The notes under the pieces are model-generated. The model ran no database searches and was not told the DNA's origin. It saw only the letters and a program-made list of their open reading frames with translations. A program made the position numbers and the translations under genes. Positions 10,119 through 18,905 of a stretch of 64,000 bases of DNA are shown here, piece after piece (positions within the stretch are counted from its first letter, which is position 1; the number at the start of each line of letters is the position of its first letter). This DNA is from Geopsychrobacteraceae bacterium (GTDB taxonomy: Bacteria; Desulfobacterota; Desulfuromonadia; Desulfuromonadales; Geopsychrobacteraceae): assembly GCA_963676795.2 (NCBI GenBank), contig CAXXTB010000002.1, positions 160,001 through 224,000 of the forward strand, read 5' to 3'.

Positions 10119-10622
10119 TTAGTAGTTTCGGCATCCGCTGGTGGTAAAGTCGATCTGGGGGCGGCTTCCTGCCGCCGCCGCTTTTCTGTAGCGTACGTAA
10201 CAGCTTGCCGTTCCTGCATCGACCGGAATAACTTCCGGCCAGTAGACCCAGGCGTCATAGACGGTACTGTGGCGGACTTTCCATCCTGATGGCGTGTCGA
10301 CCATTTTGGTGATGCCGTAAACAGGTGTAGTGTTGTTCGGGGGGATCGATGGAAAGCCGTAGGCGAGCTCGATGGTTTCCCCTTCGGCGATAATGGTCGA
10401 AGTCGGCTGACTGTCTACGCCATCAATTCTTGCCTTGGCGTGAGCCAGGGTGGAGGCTGTCTCCAGTGCTCCGATCAGGCCTTCCATTGAGCTGATTATG
10501 GCCCGTTCCTTCATGTTGACGAATTTGGGAACGGCGACGGCACCTAATATTCCAAGGATGACAATGACAACAACCAGTTCTATGAGTGTGAAGCCACGTT
10601 CATTGCTGATTTCTGTTGGCAA
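10119..10622 (-). CDS. Type IV pilin-like protein (MSHA-like prepilin)
   Basis: Class III signal peptide ERG|FTLIELVVVIVILGILGAVAVPKF; C-terminal Cys pair; TTG start after GGGAGAG. Confidence 0.85.
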   Translation of the reverse strand: MPTEISNERGFTLIELVVVIVILGILGAVAVPKFVNMKERAIISSMEGLIGALETASTLAHAKARIDGVDSQPTSTIIAEGETIELAYGFPSIPPNNTTPVYGITKMVDTPSGWKVRHSTVYDAWVYWPEVIPVDAGTASCYVRYRKAAAAGSRPQIDFTTSGCRNY

Positions 10623-10983
10623 GAGACTCTCCCATTTCAGTGGAATTAGATTTGGCAAATAAATCACTAACATACTGGTGAGTCAACACAATTTTTAATT
10701 TCGGATAACATCAGTAATACCTTTTCAGAGCTGATATTCCAGAATAATTGCAGGTGTCATCGGTCTTTTGATGGGAATGATCATTTTATCGGTGAAGGGA
10801 ATGGTTTGAGCCAAAAATATGACATTCCTTCAATGTTGATCTCTTCCAGTGAAACTCGATTCCATATAATAAAATCTTTTTAAATTATATGTTTACGCTA
10901 AATTAGTACTTGATTAGTTGATGTTAATTGATGTAGTTTTGTTCCTATTCAGTGAAGTGAACAACGAGTCAAGGAGGCTTCTT

Positions 10984-12276
10984 ATGAGCTGGACTTTTTC
11001 AAGAAAGACTGTGCTTGCGGGGATTGTTTTTTTTCTCGCTCTGATTATTCAGGCTTGGGTCTTCAGTCAAATCAATTCACTTGTCGCATCTCATCAGGTC
11101 CTGAGCGAACAGATTCACAGGTTCACTTTGACCGGTTACATCATTCTGATTCTGATGTTTATCTTTTTCGTAGTACTATCCTTCCTGTTGATAAAGGGGC
11201 TGATTCAGCCGATAAGACAGTCCATTTCCATGGTGCAGGGGCTGGTGAATGGTCGGCTCAATCAACAACTGGATGTTACCACCAGTAGTGAGGTCGGCCA
11301 GCTGGCCTCAGCACTGAATTCACTGGCTCTTGAACTTAACCAGGAGGTTGTGCGTCCTTTGCAGCAGCTGGCTGATGGCGATTTCAACTTCACTGTGACT
11401 CTTCGCGATGAGGGGGATCAAATCCGCCAGGCAATAGCCCGTACTTGCAGTGATTATAACGAGATGCTCGGGCAGTTTATGGAAGCGACAGAGCAGATGA
11501 GCATTGCCAGCACTCAGGTCTCAACCGCGATGCAGGCTCAGGCTGATGGCGCGAGCAAAGCGGCTGCTTCCATCGAAGAGATCAGCAGTTCGGTGCATGA
11601 AATGTCATCCCAGACCCAGCTCAACGCTGATAATGCCAACCAGGCCAGTCATCTGGCCCTGGAGGCCAGCGGTGCCGCCGCCAAGGGTGGAGAACAGATG
11701 CAGGCCATGGTTGTGGCGATGAATGATATCAATGCTGCTGGCCAGAATATCAGCAAGATCATCAAGGTTATCGACGAAATCGCTTTTCAGACCAATCTCC
11801 TGGCGCTCAATGCAGCCGTTGAGGCGGCCCGGGCCGGTCAGCATGGCAAAGGGTTTGCCGTTGTTGCCGAGGAAGTTCGAAATCTCGCTGCACGCAGTGC
11901 CAAAGCTGCCCAAGAGACCGCGGATCTGATCGAGAGTTCCGTCCAGAAAACTGTGAACGGAACAAATATCGCCGAACAGACATCTGGCTCGTTGACCGAA
12001 ATTGTCAATTCAATCAATCAGGTGACCGGACTCATTGCCGAGATTGCCTCTTCGAGCAACGAACAGGCTCGTGGTATAGAACAGGTCAACCAGACCTTGT
12101 CGCTGATAGATAAAGGGGTTCAGGCCGATACCGCCAATGCCGAGGAGGGCGCAGCTGCAGCAGAAGAGATGTCCAGCCAGGCGAGTTATCTTCAGCAATT
12201 GCTCAGTCATTTTCATCTGAATAGGGGGCAGCTCGCATCATCGTCACAGTCGGTCCAGCTCTCCCTGCCTCACTGA
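10984..12276 (+). CDS. Methyl-accepting chemotaxis protein
   Basis: Two TMs, HAMP region, signalling hairpin [47 protein letters not shown]. Confidence 0.95.
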   Translation: MSWTFSRKTVLAGIVFFLALIIQAWVFSQINSLVASHQVLSEQIHRFTLTGYIILILMFIFFVVLSFLLIKGLIQPIRQSISMVQGLVNGRLNQQLDVTTSSEVGQLASALNSLALELNQEVVRPLQQLADGDFNFTVTLRDEGDQIRQAIARTCSDYNEMLGQFMEATEQMSIASTQVSTAMQAQADGASKAAASIEEISSSVHEMSSQTQLNADNANQASHLALEASGAAAKGGEQMQAMVVAMNDINAAGQNISKIIKVIDEIAFQTNLLALNAAVEAARAGQHGKGFAVVAEEVRNLAARSAKAAQETADLIESSVQKTVNGTNIAEQTSGSLTEIVNSINQVTGLIAEIASSSNEQARGIEQVNQTLSLIDKGVQADTANAEEGAAAAEEMSSQASYLQQLLSHFHLNRGQLASSSQSVQLSLPH

Positions 12277-12284
12277 TCCAGCAT

Positions 12285-12323
12285 AAAAGAGACGGCCTGC
12301 ACTTTATGCAGGCCGTCTCTTTT
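12285..12323 (+). terminator. Intrinsic terminator
   Basis: Perfect 17-bp inverted repeat AAAAGAGACGGCCTGCA/TGCAGGCCGTCTCTTTT. Confidence 0.85.
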
Positions 12324-12567
12324 GTCTCCAGCGAACGTCCGGCTCAAAGCTGAGGCTGGCCAGCATGATCCGCAACTTGAGCGATTTGATTGAGGTTCGC
12401 TTCTGCTTTCTCAGTCCCGCGGGAAGTGCTTTGTCGATTGATCCGGGTTTTTCGTTGACAGTCATTGAGCCCTTTGCGTACAACCATAGTCGACTGTTCT
12501 CAAAACAGCGGATTGATAAATCGACCGGCAGAATCTCAAACGCCATGAGCAGCAAAGCCCCATCACG

Positions 12568-13506
12568 ATGACCGAAATTGCCAACCTGATCCTGGTTTCC
12601 GGCCGGGCCGCCGTTGAACTTGCCCTGTTTATCCTACTGCCGGTCATGATCGTCATGCTGACCCTGATGAGACTCCTTGAGGCCAAGGGGATTCTCGATC
12701 GCTTCGTCTCTCTCTTGTCGCCGGTTCTGAAACCGCTGGGGATTCCCGGGCTCGGGGTTTTTGCCTTGATCCAGGTTCTGCTGGTCAGCTTTGCCGCGCC
12801 GTTGGCAACACTGATCATGATGGAAAAAGGCGGGGTCAACAGACGTCACCTCGCTGCCGGCCTGACCCTGATCTTTGCCGGTGCCCAGGCCAATGTGGTC
12901 TTTCCGATGAGTGCCATGGGGCTGAACGGTCCGGCGACCCTGATTATTTCAGGAATTGCTGCAGTTATCGGTGCAGCGGCAACCTTTCATCTCTTTGGTC
13001 GTAAGCTGGAAAATGAGGATGAACCCCCGGAGCCCAAGCCGGAACATGCCACGGTTGACAGTGGTAAGGGGGTGATCGATCTGATCAACGCCGCCGGAAA
13101 AGAAGCCTTCACTATTGCGGTCGGCTCTCTGCCGATGTTGGTGCTGTCGTTGTTGCTGGTCAATATTCTGCGTACGATCGGCACCATTGAATTTATTGAA
13201 TCCTTGAGCGCACCGTTGCTGGCTCTATTCGACCTGCCGCCGGCGGCAGCGCTGGCCGTCATCACCAAGGCGATTGCCGGCGGAACGGCAATGATGGGTA
13301 TTTCTTCCGATATGCTTCAGCAGGGGCTGCTGTCGACGCTTGATATCAACCGGATGGCCGGACTGCTGATCCACCCCTTCGATCTGGTCGGGATCACCAT
13401 CATGATTTCGGCCGGACCACGGGTGGCTTCGGTCCTGCGTCCGGCGATCTGCGGAGCGGTTGTCGCTATTCTGCTGCGGGCGGCCATTCACCTGCTGGTC
13501 TGGTAG
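12568..13506 (+). CDS. Nucleoside-recognition Gate domain membrane protein (SpmA/SpmB-like)
   Basis: Two similar hydrophobic halves with GILD...SPVLKPLGIP and G.IE...SAPLLALFDLP Gate-type motifs. Confidence 0.7.
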   Translation: MTEIANLILVSGRAAVELALFILLPVMIVMLTLMRLLEAKGILDRFVSLLSPVLKPLGIPGLGVFALIQVLLVSFAAPLATLIMMEKGGVNRRHLAAGLTLIFAGAQANVVFPMSAMGLNGPATLIISGIAAVIGAAATFHLFGRKLENEDEPPEPKPEHATVDSGKGVIDLINAAGKEAFTIAVGSLPMLVLSLLLVNILRTIGTIEFIESLSAPLLALFDLPPAAALAVITKAIAGGTAMMGISSDMLQQGLLSTLDINRMAGLLIHPFDLVGITIMISAGPRVASVLRPAICGAVVAILLRAAIHLLVW

Positions 13507-13514
13507 GGTTTTTC

Positions 13515-13841
13515 TCAGACTTCATTTTTGTGAAAGACATCGAAGAAGACGACGCTGTCGTCACTGATCTTTCCGCATTTTTCGCAGCGTTCTTCCAATT
13601 TCATGCTGGCCTTCTGGCAGAGTGAACACCACTCATAAATCAGGCGGTAATCACGGCGGCCGACGTATTTTTTGAAGCGGCTGTGGTGCTGGCCGCGCAT
13701 CCGTCCGTCCGCATCTTCCGGATTCTCCAGGATACGTTCTATGACCTGGTGAATGCGTTTAAAGCCGACTGTATCCTGCTTTTTGATCCGTTCCAGTTTG
13801 TTTTCAAAGCAGACCGTCGGATGGTAGCTGTAGGGTGGCAT
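13515..13841 (-). CDS. RelE/ParE-like protein with CxxC-x10-CxxC insertion
   Basis: RelE-type pattern: F..KL..I, ILENP, YVGRRDYRLIY, terminal VVFFDVFHK; GAAGGA RBS. Confidence 0.7.
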   Translation of the reverse strand: MPPYSYHPTVCFENKLERIKKQDTVGFKRIHQVIERILENPEDADGRMRGQHHSRFKKYVGRRDYRLIYEWCSLCQKASMKLEERCEKCGKISDDSVVFFDVFHKNEV

Positions 13842-14122
13842 CGATTAGTCCTTCCGCAAAAAATAACTGTGAGTTTGTATAAAATACTGGATTCAGGTGT
13901 TTTGTCAGCACTTCTTTTATCTTGCCCTCTGAATTTTCATTTCTTCAATTCAACGCTAACATATTGCTGTCATGAGGAAACCGAGCCTTCACCGTTACTT
14001 CTGGCGCAAGCGTTCTTGTGCGCTCCAATGTTCCTTATTCGGGACTATAAGTAAAATTTATAGTGTTGATATAAAAAAAATATTTTCTTTCGATTACCAA
14101 ATAGGTTATGTTTAGTTCGCAC

Positions 14123-14139
14123 AGGGCAACAATGTTGCA
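14123..14139 (+). promoter_or_regulatory. Sigma54 (-24/-12) promoter upstream of micropeptide array
   Basis: AGGGCAACAATGTTGCA: GG(14125-6)-N10-GC(14137-8) with TTGCA; AT-rich upstream region. Confidence 0.6.
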
Positions 14140-14201
14140 GATAGAGAAACTGCCCCTGGGGGCTTCAGGCTCATTAACACAACCTCAAAGGAGTAAAGAT
14201 C

Positions 14202-14297
14202 ATGAAAGGCTTTAAACATTTTGCAGGTACAGGCACCGCCCTTGGTCTTCTTGTCGTATTTACCGTTATCCTGGCCGGACTGGCAGCTGTCGCCTAG
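14202..14297 (+). CDS. Micropeptide 1, 31 aa MKGFKHFAGTGTALGLLVVFTVILAGLAAVA
   Basis: AAAGGAG RBS; paralog of the two following ORFs; mostly synonymous divergence. Confidence 0.88.
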   Translation: MKGFKHFAGTGTALGLLVVFTVILAGLAAVA

Positions 14298-14351
14298 GTG
14301 AGTGAAAAGAAAACAAACTTAACCAGCTGATGAAAATTAAAGGAGAACGTC

Positions 14352-14447
14352 ATGAAAGGTTACAATCATTTTTCTGGTACTGGTACCGCTCTTGGCCTTC
14401 TTGCAGTATTTACAGTTATTCTGGCCGGGTTGGCTGCTGTTGCATAA
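14352..14447 (+). CDS. Micropeptide 2, 31 aa MKGYNHFSGTGTALGLLAVFTVILAGLAAVA
   Basis: AAAGGAG RBS; 27/31 aa identical to peptide 1. Confidence 0.88.
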   Translation: MKGYNHFSGTGTALGLLAVFTVILAGLAAVA

Positions 14448-14520
14448 CCGATAGATGTGAATATTGAACGTGAAATCAACGTCAGGAGCAGGAAAAACTG
14501 ATCAAATAAAGGAGTGATTT

Positions 14521-14622
14521 ATGAAAGGGCTCAAGCATTTTACTGGAACAGGCGCTGCATTGGGAATTCTTGTTGCTTCCACTCTGGTTCTTGTGGCTCT
14601 GGCCAGCTCCCTGGTCGCCTGA
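14521..14622 (+). CDS. Micropeptide 3, 33 aa MKGLKHFTGTGAALGILVASTLVLVALASSLVA
   Basis: AAAGGAG RBS; shares MKGxxHFxGTGxALG with peptides 1 and 2. Confidence 0.85.
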   Translation: MKGLKHFTGTGAALGILVASTLVLVALASSLVA

Positions 14623-14654
14623 CTTAGACATAAAAAAAATACAAGATCCAACAC

Positions 14655-14684
14655 AAGGCCCCGCTCAATTGCAGGGCCTTTTTA
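14655..14684. terminator. Terminator between the micropeptide array and the convergent gene
   Basis: AAGGCCC...GGGCCTT followed by TTTA. Confidence 0.7.
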
Positions 14685-14694
14685 CGTCCTTGCG

Positions 14695-14922
14695 TTAATC
14701 GAGTAATTCAATTTCGGTGGTGACAGAATAAAGGATGCGAAGTTTTCGCCCGGCGTGGTTTTTCAGCCATTGTCGGGAAACGGGCAGGTCTTCAATTTCA
14801 AAGGAATGTGTATCGTTCTCAGTTTTGATTTCGACGCCATCGCTGAGAATGTTGTCACTGATAATTTCCGAAAGTTGACCTTCATAAGTGCTGGTGAAAT
14901 TTTGGTTCGCTACCTTTTCCAT
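14695..14922 (-). CDS. Small acidic hypothetical protein (75 aa)
   Basis: CAGGAG RBS; ends next to the terminator; no recognised family. Confidence 0.65.
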   Translation of the reverse strand: MEKVANQNFTSTYEGQLSEIISDNILSDGVEIKTENDTHSFEIEDLPVSRQWLKNHAGRKLRILYSVTTEIELLD

Positions 14923-15355
14923 GGTATTCTCCTGTTTTCATTTATGTGTGCGTCGTTTTTTGCCTTTTGGTTTTGCTGTGTAGCTGACTATAAGAAAAAT
15001 AGAAGCCGTGTTTCGTGTCATTTTGAGCCTGAAAAAGCGGAACAGATTGATGAAAAGACTGCCATTGGTTAATCTGTCTAATGTCTCATTAAAATTAAAC
15101 TAAGTCGCTATAGTTGCAAACAATTATTTTCAGTTCTTTGGTTGATCACTGGGACATGACTCGTCGATGGCTGTTGATGACAATCCTGGTCGCAGGCTGA
15201 CGGCAAGAGCCGGCAGGTCATAAAGTGGCTTGCTTCAAAACTTAATATTTGCTAGGAATTTTAAGCTAACTATCTGAAATAGAATTATTATTTATCATTT
15301 ATGGGAGGCGGGAGCAGTTCAGATCCATGTCTCTTTGCGAACTGGGTGATATTCG

Positions 15356-16975
15356 ATGAAAGAAGGGCAGTTGTTCAACGGCAGGTCTCTGGTCGGTGAT
15401 GTTTTTGGTGGGGTGACCGCGAGTGTTATCGCTCTGCCTCTGGCTCTGGCCTTTGGTGTAGCCAGTGGTGCCGGTGCTCAGGCCGGTCTTTACGGCGCTA
15501 TTATCCTTGGTTTTGTCGCGGCGCTGCTTGGTGGAACCAGGGTCCAGATTTCAGGACCAACCGGGCCGATGACCATAGTCACCGCGTCGACACTGGTGCT
15601 GTTTCAGGGAGATATCAGCCTTTTGATGGCTGTTGTTCTGCTCACCGGGCTGTTTCAGGTCCTCCTCGGTCTGCTCAAGGTCGGCCGCTTCGTCAAATAT
15701 GTCCCCTATCCGGTTATTTCCGGGTTCATGAGTGGCATCGGTGTGATCATCATTCTGCTGCAGATCAACCCGCTGCTCGGCCTTGACGGCGTGAACTCTC
15801 CAATGCAGGCGGTCATCTCCTTTACCGATCTTGCTTCCGGCTTGGCTCCGGAAACGATCTGTCTCAGCCTGGTTGCCCTGGCGATTGTCTTTCTCACGCC
15901 TAAAAAAATCGCCAGAATGATTCCGACTCCGCTGCTGGCTCTGATCCTTGTGACCTTGCTCTCGCGCCTTGCCGGCTGGCAGGTTGAGACGATCGGTGAT
16001 ATCCCCTCTGGCTGGCCGGCACTGACGCTGCCGGTATTTTCCTTGGGGCAGCTATCGACCATTGTTGCCTCCGCTCTGAGCCTGGCTCTGCTCGGCTCGA
16101 TCGACAGTCTGCTCACCTCGCTGGTCGCCGACTCGCTCACCAGGACCGAGCATAATCCCAACCGTGAGCTGATCGGCCAGGGGGTTGGTAATGCGCTGGT
16201 TGCTTTCTTTGGCGGAATTCCTGGTGCCGGGGCAACGATGCGGACTGTCGTTAATGTCAAGTCGGGAGGTTCAACCCGCCTGTCGGGAATGCTCCATGCG
16301 CTGATTCTGGCGGCGATCCTGTTGGGGCTCGGACGCTATGCATCGGTAGTTCCCATGGCGGTTCTGGCCGCGATCCTGATCAAGGTCGGGATTGATATTG
16401 TCGATTACCGGTTTATCAAAATCGTCCGGCAGGCCCCCCGCCATGATCTGGTTGTCATGATCACTGTTTTGCTGCTGACCGTTTTTGTCGATCTGATCAT
16501 GGCCGTCGGGGTTGGGGTCATTCTGGCTTCAGTGCTGTTGACCATCAGGGTGACAAACCAGGTGCGTTCTACGGTCAATGACATTACAGTGCCTTCTCGC
16601 AGCCTTGCGGATGGGGGAAACGCTGTTGAAGAGGGCGGTTTTACTATTCGGGTTGTCGATGTTGACGGGCCGTTTTTTTTCGGTTCGACGTCACAGCTGG
16701 TCGGTCAGGTCGGTCAGTTGCTCGGTACCAAGGCGGTTATCATCAACTTTCAGAAGGTGCCCTTTATCGATCTTTCCGCCTATTTTGCGCTCTGCGAGAT
16801 CATTCTCAAGCTAAAAGGCAAGGGGACCTTGCCGTTTCTGGTAGCCAAGCCTGAAGTGAAAGCCAAGCTAATGGCACTCGGAATTGGCGATGTTCTGCGG
16901 GAACCCCATATCTACTGTAATTTCGACCAGGCTGTCGAGCATGCAAAAGATCATGTGTTTTTAAATCGGCCCTGA
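15356..16975 (+). CDS. SulP/SLC26 family anion transporter with STAS domain (BicA-like)
   Basis: GD.FGG.TA.VIALPLALAFG, QISGPTGP, ELIGQG, GAGATMRT, STAS motif DGPFFFG. Confidence 0.95.
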   Translation: MKEGQLFNGRSLVGDVFGGVTASVIALPLALAFGVASGAGAQAGLYGAIILGFVAALLGGTRVQISGPTGPMTIVTASTLVLFQGDISLLMAVVLLTGLFQVLLGLLKVGRFVKYVPYPVISGFMSGIGVIIILLQINPLLGLDGVNSPMQAVISFTDLASGLAPETICLSLVALAIVFLTPKKIARMIPTPLLALILVTLLSRLAGWQVETIGDIPSGWPALTLPVFSLGQLSTIVASALSLALLGSIDSLLTSLVADSLTRTEHNPNRELIGQGVGNALVAFFGGIPGAGATMRTVVNVKSGGSTRLSGMLHALILAAILLGLGRYASVVPMAVLAAILIKVGIDIVDYRFIKIVRQAPRHDLVVMITVLLLTVFVDLIMAVGVGVILASVLLTIRVTNQVRSTVNDITVPSRSLADGGNAVEEGGFTIRVVDVDGPFFFGSTSQLVGQVGQLLGTKAVIINFQKVPFIDLSAYFALCEIILKLKGKGTLPFLVAKPEVKAKLMALGIGDVLREPHIYCNFDQAVEHAKDHVFLNRP

Positions 16976-17003
16976 TCGTGTGTTAACTGCTCAGAGCCGC
17001 TAA

Positions 17004-18413
17004 TCAGAGCTCCATGCGTCGCCGCTGAACCACGGCAAAACGGACGATAATCTGTTCCGCGTCGTAATTACAGCTCAGGCCGAGAAGATCATAGATGCCG
17101 CCGTAGCGTACATCACCGCCTGCCAGGGCTCTTCGACTGGAATCTGACATGAGCATGTAGCCATCGAAGTGCGTCCAGATCTGCTGTTTTCCCCAACCTT
17201 TGTCCTGACCGATACGCAGGTGCAAGTCTGGGGGGATGCACACGAGTTTGAACTGGCCTGGTTCAAGATCAAGCTCCTGTTCAAGAATGTCATTACCCCT
17301 TTGCAAAAGCGCAGACTCTATCTGGTAACGGGTCAGGCAGTTTCTACGTTTCAGCCCCAGTGCTTCAATCAACTCGCTGGACGGAGCATCGGTCCCTGAT
17401 TTTGGTTCCGGAAAATCTTCAACAAGAACATCTTCCTCGAGCATATTGGGCAGATAGCGCACACCTCCTGAATTAATGAATGGGTGAATTGCGAACAGTT
17501 GCAGGCGGTTTTTCAGTGCCTGGGGGACTCCTTCCGGAAGCGGAATATCTGGAACCTGAAGAACGCTGTGTTGACTGTTGTGGGAGTCTGAATAGGTTGG
17601 ATGCCAGGCAAACCGGGCAAATGGAGCAAATTCGGTGTGGCGTGACGGAGCATGAAAGAGGTTGAGGCCCAGCTGTGCCGCGGCTTTGAGAGTTTTTTTC
17701 GGGTATTGGTAGCGGTAGTCTGCAGGAGTGTTCAATCTTGAATTGAACATTTCCGTTGGTGTCGTTGTTTTCCCATTTATGGAGGCTTGCAGAATCTTCT
17801 CCGCCAGTTTTTCCAGCTGTGTGATGTTGTTCTGTTCCAGTGCGTCCAGAGCTTCTTCTTCGAGCACCTCTTTGGGTGTCTCAGAGGATTGGGCTAACGT
17901 ATTTTCGTAGATCGGCAACTTTTTTAAGGTTTCATTTCGCTGGTGGTACAGTACCTGCCATTGTGTATCGGTCTTGGCTAGTCTCTCAAGGATACCGATC
18001 AATCTTTTCTTCAGAGGTTCCAGTTCTTCGAGCGTAACACCGGAAAGCCTGTACATCCCGGGTGAAAAAGGATTGACAGGAATCTCCTGAGTCTCGTAGA
18101 GGTGACCGGCGAGTTCCATTTCCTCGGCTTTTTCTTTCAACTCCAGCTGTAGGACTGTATGTCGTGCACTGAGTTCACGGACCTGGCTCCAGTCGTTGTG
18201 CATCATTGCGTTACGAATCCTGATGGGCAGGCTTTCCAGCTGTGTCTGGTTCTGGCGCAGGAGATGATAACGTGACTTCGGTAGTACCTTCTCCATAAAG
18301 ATACAGGCGCGTTGGCGGTAAAGATCGTGATAAAGAGTGTCGCTGCGACTCAGTTCGGTCAGATCGCGGATGTTGGAATGAATCTGGCTTTGTTTTTTAT
18401 CGAAAACATGCAT
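17004..18413 (-). CDS. Hypothetical protein (469 aa; coiled N-terminus, globular C-terminus)
   Basis: Long ORF with GGGAG RBS; no family recognised. Confidence 0.75.
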   Translation of the reverse strand: MHVFDKKQSQIHSNIRDLTELSRSDTLYHDLYRQRACIFMEKVLPKSRYHLLRQNQTQLESLPIRIRNAMMHNDWSQVRELSARHTVLQLELKEKAEEMELAGHLYETQEIPVNPFSPGMYRLSGVTLEELEPLKKRLIGILERLAKTDTQWQVLYHQRNETLKKLPIYENTLAQSSETPKEVLEEEALDALEQNNITQLEKLAEKILQASINGKTTTPTEMFNSRLNTPADYRYQYPKKTLKAAAQLGLNLFHAPSRHTEFAPFARFAWHPTYSDSHNSQHSVLQVPDIPLPEGVPQALKNRLQLFAIHPFINSGGVRYLPNMLEEDVLVEDFPEPKSGTDAPSSELIEALGLKRRNCLTRYQIESALLQRGNDILEQELDLEPGQFKLVCIPPDLHLRIGQDKGWGKQQIWTHFDGYMLMSDSSRRALAGGDVRYGGIYDLLGLSCNYDAEQIIVRFAVVQRRRMEL

Positions 18414-18542
18414 GGTGGGGCTCCCTGTCTGATAGATATCGTCGCAGGAGAAATCGAATTTTTGTCACTTGACCGGCAATAAACCCTTTTCAGAGCGATA
18501 ACTAAACGGTAGCGCAGTCTTGATAAATCACAAGAGGTAAGC

Positions 18543-18905
18543 TTAGCCTCTTTTTTTACAGAGCAGGGCTATGATGTTGGTTTCTGAGTGACGGCCAAGT
18601 ATTTCAAGAGCTTCCACTGCTGTTTCGGCATTTTCCTTCGGGCTGCCGGTCAGGTAGGCAAAGAGGAAGGAGGCGAGGTCGGCGCGTGCAGCTGACTGTT
18701 TTTCTTCGGGGCTCCGCTTTTTCCCCGCCGCCAGCCAGAGTTCGGCCGATCGCTCCTGATGGTGACTGATGGCGCGACTGGTCAGGTCAAGACGTTTCTG
18801 CAGGGAAACGTTTTCTTCGAAAAAGAATGCGGATTGAAGATCTTCCGGAAAATCTTGCTGGATCAGCTCTGCCAGCCTGAGAAGTCTGTTCTTCACTTGG
18901 ATCAT
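18543..18905 (-). CDS. Hypothetical protein
   Basis: ATGA overlap with the upstream YheU-like gene. Confidence 0.65.
   Translation of the reverse strand: MIQVKNRLLRLAELIQQDFPEDLQSAFFFEENVSLQKRLDLTSRAISHHQERSAELWLAAGKKRSPEEKQSAARADLASFLFAYLTGSPKENAETAVEALEILGRHSETNIIALLCKKRG

Noticed and set aside
11740..11900. High similarity between the two chemoreceptor genes as a repeat or recent duplication
   Set aside because: It is restricted to the universally conserved MCP signalling hairpin.
14117..14170. c-di-GMP-I (GEMM) riboswitch suggested by CGCACAGGGCAA
   Set aside because: It lacks the GGCAAACC...GNRA...GGGACGCAAAGC core and the second stem. A sigma54 -24/-12 box explains the sequence better.
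14184..14622. CRISPR-like or DNA tandem-repeat interpretation of the ~150-170 bp periodicity
   Set aside because: Similarity is confined to reading frames and RBSs with third-position divergence. There are no identical 25-45 bp repeats and no cas genes.
14202..14622. Micropeptides as type IV/Flp prepilins or stop-codon read-through products
   Set aside because: MKG|F is not followed by the hydrophobic TLIE/Glu5 motif, the position after Gly varies (F/Y/L), and the three stop codons differ, with unrelated downstream sequence.
15156..15200. 14-codon ORF MTRRWLLMTILVAG resembling a signal-peptide remnant
   Set aside because: Weak RBS, no paralog or continuation; indistinguishable from chance.
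18495..18540. GATAACTAAAC resembling the start of a Geobacter-type cyclic dinucleotide riboswitch
   Set aside because: No following tetraloop stem or GGAAAGCC element.
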